NCBI GenBank assembly: GCA_964016885.1
Contig: OZ024749.1
Coordinates: forward strand, 12,276,001 to 12,340,000
DNA length: 64,000 bases
Source: Eledone cirrhosa
Lineage: Eukaryota
Direction: 5' to 3'
Below the pieces are notes generated by a model that was given only the letters and a program-made list of their open reading frames with translations, was not told the DNA's origin and searched no databases. Position 1 is the stretch's first letter. Every line of letters starts with the position of its first letter. Of this stretch, positions 37,421 through 47,717 are shown piece by piece. Both the position numbers and the translations under genes were made by a program.

Positions 37421-37863
37421 CTTATTTTTCTCTGTTGAAAATAGCTTTCATTTTCCCCCTCCACCATCTTCAGCTATGTCTTTCTTGATTTTGCTCTTCA
37501 TCTAGTTCCTTGCATATTAATTTCCATCATACAATCAATTTTAGACATGAACCAACCATCTCATCACAATGTTCGTCACTGGCTCTATTCCTATCACCAA
37601 GTCATTTTCACTAGTCCTCAACACTTGACCTAACCATCTCATTTCTCTTCACAACATCTATCATCCTCTGTAATTCATTGCCTGTCTTTTCTCTCAGAGA
37701 CTCCCCTAAACCAGCCTCATTCAACAAAGTAAAAGTGAAAGTAGAAATTAGCATTTTTAATAAAAAGTTAAACCCCCCCCCCCCCCCCCCCCCAAAGAAT
37801 AAGCAAGAAAAAGTACCCAAAAATGATTAAAGATTCTGAAAGGTGAAATGAAATATCAGATAC

Positions 37864-37951
37864 CTCTCATAAGCTCCCTCGTTCAACAATTTACGGAATA
37901 AGTCACAAATGGAGGAATTTTGACTAGGGCAGTTTGGTATTCCATAAACCC
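37864..37951 (-). CDS. PPT1: PPT1 exon 5a (88 nt)
   Basis: ttttag|GGGTTT...GAGAG|gtatct. Translates VYGIPNCPSQNSSICDLFRKLLNEGAYE(S). It is 15 nt shorter than the 103-nt vertebrate exon 5. Confidence 0.93.
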
Positions 37952-38291
37952 CTAAAATAAAGAATAAATATGATATTAAAGAATTTAAAAAGAAGGCACA
38001 TAATTCCAACAGATGATCATCACCACCACCATCACTGTCATCACCATTATCACCTTCATAACCCCCATCATCATTTTGATACCTTTGAAATGTACATATC
38101 AGGTGTAATCTAATAAATTGAAGTTGACTATATGAAACCGTCTCTTCTTTTTCTTAATATTGATTCTATGCCTGATACCATATATGTAATACCTTATAAT
38201 ATCCATAACGTGGAGTGCTTATGTTTGATTACACCATTATTGGTTGATTGCTTGTATCAACCAACACTGACTATTGAAATATATATATAAT

Positions 38292-38633
38292 GGAGGCACA
38301 TGGCTTAGTGGTTAGAGCATTGGCCTTGCAATCGAAAGGTTGTGAGTTCAATTCTCAGACCGGGTGATGTGTTGTTTCCTTGAGCAAGACACTTTATTTC
38401 ACATTGCTCCAGTTTACTCAGCTGTAGAAATGAGATGATAGGGACTGGGGTCCCTATCATTCCACTGCAAAGTGGTCGTGGAGGTGCCACGGCAAAAAAG
38501 CACCCAGCACTCACTGTAAATGAGGTTGGTGTTAGGAAGGGCATCCAGCTGTAGAAATCAAGCCAGAATCAGTTCCCGTCCCACCCTTGCAAGCAGGGAA
38601 AAGCGGACGTAAAATGAAATGATGATGATGATG
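38292..38633 (+). mobile_element. SINE family A copy (PPT1 intron 4)
   Basis: Full length, ggaggcacatggcttagtgg...gatgatgat, inserted in (TA)n. Confidence 0.92.
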
Positions 38634-38942
38634 ATATATATATTTGTTTTGCAAGGTTTTGATATGAAATCATGTGTCAAAACAAATATTGTTATACTTG
38701 GGGAGGGTCATATTGTTATAATATTGCCAGAAATAATAATAGAACACACTCACTGTTTGGTTTGGGTTGGTTTTCGCTTCTGTATCTTTTATATATCCAT
38801 AGTTAATTTATTTGGCAATCAATGTTTATCATTGATTGACCAACGGTTAAAAATACAGATATAAATATATTCGCCACACATCTGCGACATCATCAGTGGT
38901 ACTATTGTTTCCTCCTGTTCTATTGTAATGCCTAAGCCATTT

Positions 38943-39657
38943 CAGTGACCCCACTTCAATATTGACTCAGTCTGGGAGGTCAGTGACCCCAGTTCAGTAC
39001 TGACTCAGTCTGGGAGGTCAGTAACCCCACTTCAGTATTGACTCAGTCTGGGAGGTCAGTGACCCCAGTTCAGTGCTGACTCAGTCTGGGAGGTCAGTGA
39101 CCCCAATTCAGTACTGACTCAGTCTGGGAGGTCAGTAACTCTAGTTCAGTACTGACTCAGTCTGGGAGGTCAGTGACCCCAGTTCAGTGCTGACTCAGTC
39201 TGGGAGATCAGTGACCCCAGTTCAGTACTGACTCAGTCTGGGAGATCAGTGACCCCAGTTCAGTACTGACTCAGTCTGGGAGGTCAGTGACCCCAATTCA
39301 GTGCTGACTCAGTCTGGGAGGTCAGTAACCCCAATTCAGTGCTGACTCAGTTTGGGAGGTCAGTGACCCCAATTTAGTGCTGACTCAGTCTGGGAGGTCA
39401 GTAACCCCAATTCAGTGCTGACTCAGTTTGGGAGGTCAGTGACCCCAATTCAGTGCTGACTCAGTCTGGGAGGTCAGTGACTCCAGTTCAGTACTGACTC
39501 AGTCTGGGAGGTCAGTGACCCCAGTTCAGTACTGACTCAGTCTGGGAGGTCAGTGATCCCAGTTCAGTACTGACTCAGTTTGGGAGGTCAGTGACCCCAA
39601 TTCAGTACTGACTCAGTTTGGGAGGTCAGTGACCCCAATTCAGTACTGACTCAGTCT
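38943..39657. repeat. 38-bp minisatellite, about 19 copies
   Basis: Unit cagtgaccccagttcagtactgactcagtctgggaggt. Confidence 0.95.
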
Positions 39658-39858
39658 TATGAAGACCCACCCATCTCTTGCTAACAGGGGAAGTGGACAT
39701 TAAATGATGATGATGAAGATGTGTATGTTTTACCTTTCATAAATATTTATGGATGGGTTTATAATTTTTACCTCTTGCCAAACAGATGTTAAACTGGAAT
39801 TAATTATAAACTTCTTCACTATTATTCAATATCTTTTTTATTGCTCATAATAGTGAGA

Positions 39859-40092
39859 GATGGGGAAGGTGAGAGAGATGGAGGTGATGACAGTTGGAGT
39901 TTGGCTCTTGTGTGTTTGGACCTGGTGTACATGTATGATGGGGAGGGCGAGAGAGATGGAGGTGATGACAGTGGGAGTTTGGCTCCTCTGTGTTTGGACC
40001 TGGTGTACGTGTATGATGGGGAAGGTAAGAGAGATGGAGGTGATGACAGTTGGAGTTTGACTCCACTGTGTTTGGACCTGGTGTATGTGTAT
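39859..40092. repeat. 78-bp tandem repeat x3
   Basis: Units start at 39859, 39937 and 40015. Confidence 0.92.
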
Positions 40093-40602
40093 GTGCATGC
40101 TTACTATCTTATCATTTAGACTCTATTATTTCGTCAAAATATTATGGCTTTATAACGTATGGGATTTCTTGTAATGTACGTTTTTTTTTGTCATGTATAA
40201 TGTTTTTTAATGTCTAAAGGCTTTTCAATTCCTCTCTTATATCATCATCAACACTCATTAAACCACACCCCAGACACATCCAAATCTCTCTTATATATAG
40301 TCACACATTTCAACACAACCTGATCTCAGTTTGACAATCGCCATAGACAGACGAATGCGAGAAAGTTCTCCAACCCAAGTTAACCAGGAATCTTTAAGAT
40401 TCTTCCCACCGAAGTTAACAAAGAACTTACTAGATCTACCAACTCATAATATTATAAAATTAAATCAAAAAATTTTTTAACACTACAAGTGAAGTCATTC
40501 TTTTCCTTTTTTTCAATGGTCCCTGACTCCCAGTAATGAGGATGGGAGGTGATGAGACCAATCCATGATGAGTGGCAGAAATAAGAGGTTTACAATACAT
40601 AC

Positions 40603-40673
40603 CTTGATGTTGGCCTCCAACAGATATCAGATTCCTCATAGGGGGCTTTGGACAGCGTTGAGCAACAGCTCGA
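40603..40673 (-). CDS. PPT1: PPT1 exon 4 (71 nt)
   Basis: atttcag|TCGAG...CAAG|gtatgt. Translates [23 protein letters not shown](G). Confidence 0.96.
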
Positions 40674-40724
40674 CTGAAATCGAAAAAAAACAACCATTAC
40701 CATTTACAGTGAAGAATTTAGTAT

Positions 40725-42275
40725 GCAGGTTGGCATCCACTAGGGCTCTGTTCTTAGCCCTCTCCTGTTTATTATTGTAGCGCAGGCTATAACAGAGGAG
40801 TTTAAGACTGGCTGCCCATGGGAACTCCTATATGCGGATGATCTTACACTCATTACAGAGAATGTGGCAGAACTAGAGAAGAAATTCCAAACCTGGAAGC
40901 TTGGCCTAGAAACAAAGGGTCTTAAAGTCAACCTGACAAAGACTAAGGTCCTAGTAAGTAGAAGAGAAAACATAATCCTGATCCCCTCAGGGAAATGGTC
41001 TTGCTCAGTATGTAGGAAAGGTATAGGTAGAAATTACATCCTCTGCCCCAAATGCAAACTATGGGTATACAAAAGATGTAGTGGGATCTCAGGAAGTTTA
41101 GCTTAGAATGTAGGTTTTACATGTAGCTGTTTCACCGGGAGAAGTTAGCAGCAAATGACCAAAGAAAATAAGTGCTATCAAATTCTTGGACGGTTTGGTG
41201 GAAGCAGTAGAGAGCTGCTATCTGGTTGACTGAATTAGTAGCGGAAGTGGGTGTCCCGAAAGTACAGTAGCCAGGGTAAGAACGGGATGGAAGAAGTTCA
41301 GGAAGCTACTACTGCTGCTGACTACAAAAGGCTTTTCTCTCAAAATGAAAGGCAGACTGTATGATGCGTGCATATGAACAGCAATGTTACATGGTAGTGA
41401 GACCTGGGCATTGTGTGCAGAAGAATTGCATAGATTAGAAAGAAATGAAGCATGCATGCTCCAATGGATGTGTAATACGTGAATGGCATAGCGTAAATGA
41501 ACTGAGAGAAACTGGTCATAAGAGGAATCGGATGCAGTGTGCAGGAAAGAAGATTGTGTTGGTATGGACATATGATGTGTATGAAGGACGACAGCTGCAT
41601 AAAAAGGTGCAGAGCACTCAAAGTCGATGGAAGCCTTGGAGTAGGGGGACCCAGGAAGACTTTGGATGAGGTGATAAAAGCTGACCTTACCCAACTGCCC
41701 CTCTTAAAGAAGATGTCACAGAATCGAGATATTGGGAATTATGCAGTAATTATGCATTAATTGAAGCATCTTGTACGTACTACTTCCCCTTATCTCCCAT
41801 TTCCATACAACTCCAAACGCACTAATACCCTTTGATCCACCCCTCACCTGATAAGTGCCCTACCCTAGATCTACCTCTCCAATCCCCATGCACCTCCTCC
41901 ACTCCAGTCCACTCTGTGAAGTGGTTGTTTCTGGTCTTATGACGAAGAGAATCCAGCCCACACTATAAGGTGGTCATGTAGTGTCACAACAAAAAGTACC
42001 CAGTCCATACTGTAAATGTGGTTGGTGTTAGGAAGGCATCCATCCATAGAAACCAAGCCAAAATCAGTGAGCAGGACATGCTCATCTGTGCTGGCTTAGC
42101 TCACACCCACAGCATTCCGTAAGGTGACTGGCATCAGGAAAGACATCCAGCCTAATAAACCAAGCCTAAAATGGAGTGTATGAGCAAGATGTGGTCACCT
42201 GACCTTGTCTGGCCTCATAACGTTAGTCTGTCTCCCACATGTAAGTATGGAAAATAGGTAACGATGATGATGTTG
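40725..42275 (+). mobile_element. RTE LINE 3' fragment with 3'UTR
   Basis: GCPWELLYADDL and PSGKWSCSVCRKG. Tail ends (gat)n. Same family as 61471-63277. Confidence 0.88.
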
Positions 42276-42300
42276 ATATTTTTATATATATATATATATA

Positions 42301-42740
42301 CTAGCTGAGTAGCTTGTTGTTGCCAGGAAATAATCACAGTAGTATGCCTTTATTTCAAATTTTTTTTTTTATTCCATGTCAGACCATGTCTCCCCTGAAG
42401 GATAGTCCCCATGATGAGGATGAATTTCTTTATTAATTGGGTCAACTTATAAAGTTTGTATAAACAATGTTTGTTGTTTTTCCATCTGCTGCATAGATGT
42501 AAAGATTTTTCTGATTTCCTTCTCTTGGACATCCAATGTAAAGCTGACCATGGGTGAAGCAGGGCTCTTCAACATGTAAACTAGCACCCAAAAATGTTGT
42601 CCTTGTGGTCATGGCAAAACTAAGACTCACTGGAAATTGAAGTCGTTTGAATTGAAATGGGATATCAGTGGGGATAAGAAGAATTCTTGGAACGAACATA
42701 TCCTCTACCCTAACACATGAAATAGTGGCTTAAACCATGT
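42301..42740 (-). mobile_element. Helitron 3' fragment (Pif1 helicase C-terminus)
   Basis: PTDIPFQFKRLQFPVSLSFAMT..PCFTHGQLY..KTTNIVY, with the CTAG end at 42301-42304. Confidence 0.8.
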
Positions 42741-42759
42741 GTGGATACATATTTTTCAC

Positions 42760-43335
42760 AATCGAGTGCTGTTGCATAGCCTTGGTGTGTCCAACGTTGA
42801 ATTGAAGAAGGGCACAGTCATCATGCTTCTCAGAAACCTGGATCAGCTAAGATTGCGAAACGAGACACGTATGGTTGAGATTGAACTACAGGTTGTGATT
42901 GAACTACAGCCTACATGTTGTGAACTACAGGTTGTGATTGAACACAGGTTGTGATTGAACTACAGCCTACATGTTGTGAACTACAGGTTGTGATTGAACA
43001 CAGGTTGTGATTGAACTACTATTATCGAAGCCTAAATCCTCACTGGATGTGGTAAGGGAGACATCATATTTATACCTAGGGTACCACTAATATCAACAGA
43101 TGTCCCTTTTCGTTTCAAATGATTGCAATTCCCAGTGAGAGTCAGTTATACAATGACCATTAACAAGTCCCAAGGTGAAATACTGCAGGTTGTTGGTCTC
43201 CATCTAGAAGAAAGCTGTTTCTCACATGGTCCATTGTATGCAAGTTGTTCAAGACTAGGAAAACACCGCAATCTTTTCATATATAAAGAGATTTGAGCAC
43301 AGTAGAGAGCAGGGCGAAGGCTGGGAGGCAGCTAG
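42760..43335 (+). mobile_element. Helitron 3' fragment (Pif1 helicase C-terminus)
   Basis: IMLLRNLD, IPRVPLISTDVPFRF, MTINKSQG and CFSHG, ending ...ggctgggaggcagCTAG|t. Internal tandem repeats at about 42875-43020. Confidence 0.82.
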
Positions 43336-44072
43336 TATATATATTTATCGAACCAGACAACTTGAATTCATTTAAGATTGCCATTTGTCACTCAATCCAT
43401 GATTTTACAGAACTTGTATTTAGTAAATACAAGTCTGTATATCAGAGTGCACACAACGAGTTGATTAGTGGTAGAAACCTTATTGCGTGGGAAGACCAAT
43501 AATTTTTGGCCCTAGACCACATGGTTTCATTATTGCACTCCACGCCTGGAGTGTGCATACGCAATATATATATTAGCAAAAGAGCCCATCATTGCCGGGC
43601 ACACCTTAATAAGATAAAGTGAATAACTGAATTAAGGTAGAAAAAAAGCAGTAAGTATTCAATAAATGTATTGATCATTGTAAAGCAGACAACAAATTAA
43701 ACCTTTCTTTTCACATTGAAATAGTTTTTCAAGAGAGATAAAATAAAATGTAAAGATTCCATTGTCAACAATGTTAATTTGTATCTACTTATTGTCATAA
43801 ATCTGCCATTAAATGACAGAAATAAATCAAACTGAACTAAAACAAGAAACTTTTACATCTTTCCAGCATTACCTTTCTGCAGCTTCTGTCTTATGACATC
43901 ACACACCTTACTCCTATTGTCATTGTTGTCTGTACTCTTACTGCTACCACGGCTCTCTCCCACCAACACCGCCACTTTTGTATAGCTACTCCTACTATAG
44001 CTGTAGTTACTACTCTCATTGATACCCTGTCTGTCTCATTCTCCACCTTCGCCACTGTCAATAAAGACCTGC

Positions 44073-44655
44073 CACTGTAAAGTTGACGTGTAAAAGACAC
44101 GGCAAAAGGCACCCAGCCCACACTGTAAAGTGGACATGTAAAAGATACGGCAAAAGGCACCCAGCCCACACTGTAAAGTGGACATGTAAAAGATACAGCA
44201 AAAGGCACCCAGCCCACACTGTAAAGTGGACATGTAAAAGATACGGCAAAAGGCACCCAGCCCACACTGTAAAGTGGACGTGTAAAAGATACAACAAAAG
44301 GCACCCAGCCCACACTGTAAAGTGGACATGTAAAAGATATGACAAAAGGCACCCAGTCCACACTGTAAAGTGGACATGTAAAAGATACGGCAAAAGGCAC
44401 CCAGCCCACACTGTAAAGTGGACGTGTAAAAGATACGACAAAAGGCACCCAGCTCACACTGTAAAGTGGACGTGTAAAAGACATGGTGAAAGGCACCCAG
44501 CCCACACTGTAAATGTGGTTGGCGTTAGGAAGGACCTCCAGCTGTAGAAAACCAGCAAGAAACACCCCTATATGAGCGAGACACGGTCACCCGACACAAC
44601 TTGCCTCAAAATAGGACCCGTCTAACCCATGCTAGTGTGGAAGATGGACGTTAAT

Positions 44656-44686
<31 letters not shown>
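44073..44686 (+). repeat. 48-bp minisatellite (about 9 copies) within an RTE 3' tail
   Basis: Unit aaaagatacggcaaaaggcacccagcccacactgtaaagtggacatgt, continuing into the tail ttaggaagg..ccagctgtagaaa..(gat)n. Confidence 0.92.
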
Positions 44687-45248
44687 ATAAGTTCAAACAA
44701 GTTGAGAAAACAACTATATGTTTGGTAAAGGGAGTTTTAAGCTAAATGTACAATTAACAGCTTAATGGTAGTATAGTAAGGCAAGCTTCTGGTTTCTCCA
44801 TCTTTCTCTCTCTCTAAACTAATTTTACTGAGAATAGTCATGGATTTACGAAGCTCCTCTGTTATTATGGGCCCCAGGCTTAAACTCAACGGCTTTTTTT
44901 AACTTGATCTATTTTCTCTTCGGTTACTCACTTACATGTGCCATTGTCCTGTGTTCACCCTTGTATTAGTATGTTCACTTCGTTTTTTCCTTTTCTTTCT
45001 TTTTTTCTTTCTTTTTCTCTCTTCGCTATCACTTCTTTCCCTCATGGCTTTTTGATAGATAAAAGGTTATGGGCGTGCTATGGATAGATGTTCTGTCTAT
45101 AATGCGCTGAAACATCCATAACCTGTAGTAAACAGTTGACGAAGGGAAACTTTCCATCTCTTGTTTGTGTCACCTTACCTTCTAAGACTATATATATATA
45201 TATCACATAAGAAACGGAGAATCAGTGGTGCTATGAATAAGATTTATT

Positions 45249-45345
45249 AGACATATTACAATCGTTTCTCTGGCGACCAGCTCGAGGCACAATCGATGTG
45301 ATGATCAAACCTGACTCTGAAATCGCAAGATCATCAGATATGTCT
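45249..45345 (-). ncRNA. Type I hammerhead ribozyme motif (Penelope pLTR-type)
   Basis: Minus strand reads AGACATAT-CTGATGA-TCTTGCGA...TCGCCAGA-GAAAC-GATT-GTA-ATATGTCT. Stem I is 8 bp, stem II 7 of 8 bp, the core is intact, and the cleavage triplet is GUA. Confidence 0.8.
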
Positions 45346-45618
45346 CGATTCTACGAAGCAGAGTTTCCAAAAAAAGAATATATATATATATATATATATA
45401 TATTATGTTTTGAAACAGCGAGCAAGTTTGAAATTAGAAATAGAAGCTTTTGCCGTATTTATTTTTACTAAAGAAATTTTAGCCTGATAGTGGGGTTTAG
45501 AGCCCTCTTAGAAATGGAAAAAATGGGTATTGACGTACATATATTCAGATGAATTTGACATGTGATAGAAAAATACATTTAAAATAATATTAATAAAAAT
45601 AAAAAAAAAGAAACTCAC

Positions 45619-45746
45619 AAGAATTGACCTCCCTGAGAGAAACCAATCGCGTTGTATCCATTGGCCAGGTTTTTGTCAGCTGCTATCATTTTACATACTT
45701 CAGTGACCTGAATGTTGGCATTCATGAAAAAACTATTTTCTATATC
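45619..45746 (-). CDS. PPT1: PPT1 exon 3 (128 nt), catalytic Ser motif
   Basis: ttttcag|GATATA...TTCTT|gtgagt. Translates [42 protein letters not shown], containing the GFSQG nucleophile elbow. Not in the ORF track. Confidence 0.96.
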
Positions 45747-45914
45747 CTGAAAATGAATATGTAATTTAAATTTACAGATTACTTTAACTTTTCACATCCT
45801 GTAATGACTGAGCAAAAAATATCTAAAAAAAGAAAAGAAAAAACTAAAAAAAAATGTTAATGTTTATAGCATTTTTACTAATGGACAGATTATTGTGAAA
45901 ATGTGTAGTATTAG

Positions 45915-46082
45915 AGTAAGAGTAAAGACCCCCTTCAGTCACGAATGACACCATGAAAGTTTCCCTTCCAAGGCCCAAGTCCAGACAAAGTGTTTTTGCA
46001 GAAGACCAGCTGTCACCCATTCATACCAGTCTCCTCCCACCATGCCACTAATGTTGTATAAGAGAAAGTCAAGGGCCGATAC
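45915..46082 (-). mobile_element. SINE 3' tail of a second type
   Basis: Overlaps in sequence with the segment joined to the SINE A core at about 24705-24820. Confidence 0.5.
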
Positions 46083-46084
46083 GG

Positions 46085-47600
46085 CTTCTGTGATGCCAAC
46101 AAACTGGCTATCTGCAATACAAACTTTAAGAAACCAGCAAATCAACTCATTACCTATTGTTCAGGGAAGCACACCAGCCAAATTGACTATATCCTCACCA
46201 GAAGACAAGATAGAGCGACGGTCATAAACACAAAAAAGTGTCCCTGATGAGGAATGCACCTCCCAACATAACCTGGTAGCCAGCACCATTAGGGTTAGAA
46301 CTACACAGACCCGGAGAGTGGGGGCAACCTGGAAGAGAAGGATATGGAAGCTGAAGGAACTGTCAGCTCATAACAGATTTAAGAGAATTTTGCTTGATGC
46401 CTTTGATAGTAAGGAAGAAGAAATAGAGACGTAGGATATAGAGGAGCTGTGGGGGTTCCTGAGAGATAACCTGCTGAAAGTAACAAACAAGATCTGCAGA
46501 TGGAACAAGGCCCCAGGGAGAAGTAGAGCCACCTAGTAGTGGAATTGTAAGGTGGATGCGACAACTAAGGCCAAAAGACAGGCATGGAAAAATAGAGGTA
46601 GCAGGTACCTTGCAAAGAAGCTAGAAGAGAGGCTAGGTGGCACGTGTACCTGGCAAAGGGAGAAGCAGAAAATAAAAAGTTTAAGCATGTTTTACAATGC
46701 GAGGACCAAAAACAAGAGGTGTTCACGATTGCCAGGCAATGTGTCAAGGAAACCATGATGTTATCATGGAGAAATGTGTCCATAACAACAATGGCACATA
46801 TGCCATCACCGACACTGAAAAGAAAGTTGCTTAGAAATGCTGTTTTGAGAGGCTGATGAATGAAGAAAAACAGCCTGCCCAAGCATACCCAACAGAAGGT
46901 CCAGCTGAATGAGTAAGCAACAGCCTAGTAAGGCTATTAAGGACATGAAGACGGGAAAAGCAGCCGGATCATTGCAGGGATGTTGAAAGCATCTGGGCCG
47001 GTAGGGCACACCATAACCACCCTTGTAGTTCAGAATGGTGTCATTCCCAATGCATAGCAGCATTGTCAACTGTTACAAGTGAAAAGGAAATGCCCTAGAG
47101 AGAAGTAACTACAGAGGCATCAAGCTGACAGGCTAGGTCATAAAGTTACAGAATGAGTCATCGCACAACTGATAAGAGAGCGCATGCACCTAGATGAAAT
47201 GCAGTTTGGATATATGCCAGGAAAAAGCACCACCGAAGCCCTCTTCCTTGTAAATGAAGTAAATGCAGGAGAAGTACCTGGCTAAAAGCAAGCCACTCTA
47301 TTTAGCATTCATGAACCTAGAGAAACCTTTTGACAGAGTCCCTTGATCCATAATCTGGTGGGCCCTCAGAAAACAAGGGGTAGATGAGTGGATCGTGAAA
47401 GCAGTACAGGCCATATATAGGGGTGGGGACCACTAGCAAAGTTAAAATCAGCAATGTGTACTGTGAGGAATTCAGTGTACAAGTGGGGGGTTCACCAGGG
47501 TTCCATTCTTAGTCTCCTCCTCTTCATTATTGTCCTACAGGCTGTAATAGAAGAATTTAAGAATGGTTGCCCTTGGGAAATACTATACGCTAACGATCAG
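46085..47600 (+). mobile_element. RTE LINE internal fragment, degenerate
   Basis: LAICNTNFKKP, MQEKYLAKSKPLYLAF, GVHQGSILS, GCPWEILYAND. Confidence 0.85.
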
Positions 47601-47717
47601 CAAATTGCACTTATTGAAGTTTATTGCATTAACTGAAACCCCGGGGTCCGAACAACCACACGTTACGAATATATATGTTGTCAGCACACTGAGACACGTT
47701 CGCATGATTATACATTT

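Noticed and set aside
38292-38365. tRNA gene
   Set aside because: It has A and B boxes but no complete cloverleaf, and it continues into the SINE core and tail.
38855-38905. Hammerhead-like motif CTGATGATGTCGCAGATGTGTGGCGAATA (minus strand); similar remnants near 3010 and 3950-4018
   Set aside because: The GAAA or CUGA box is mutated and there is no convincing stem I or stem III.
43891-44565. Repetitive ORFs (also 30491-31072 and 39838-40119)
   Set aside because: They arise from tandem units whose length is a multiple of 3. They have no splice context or homology.
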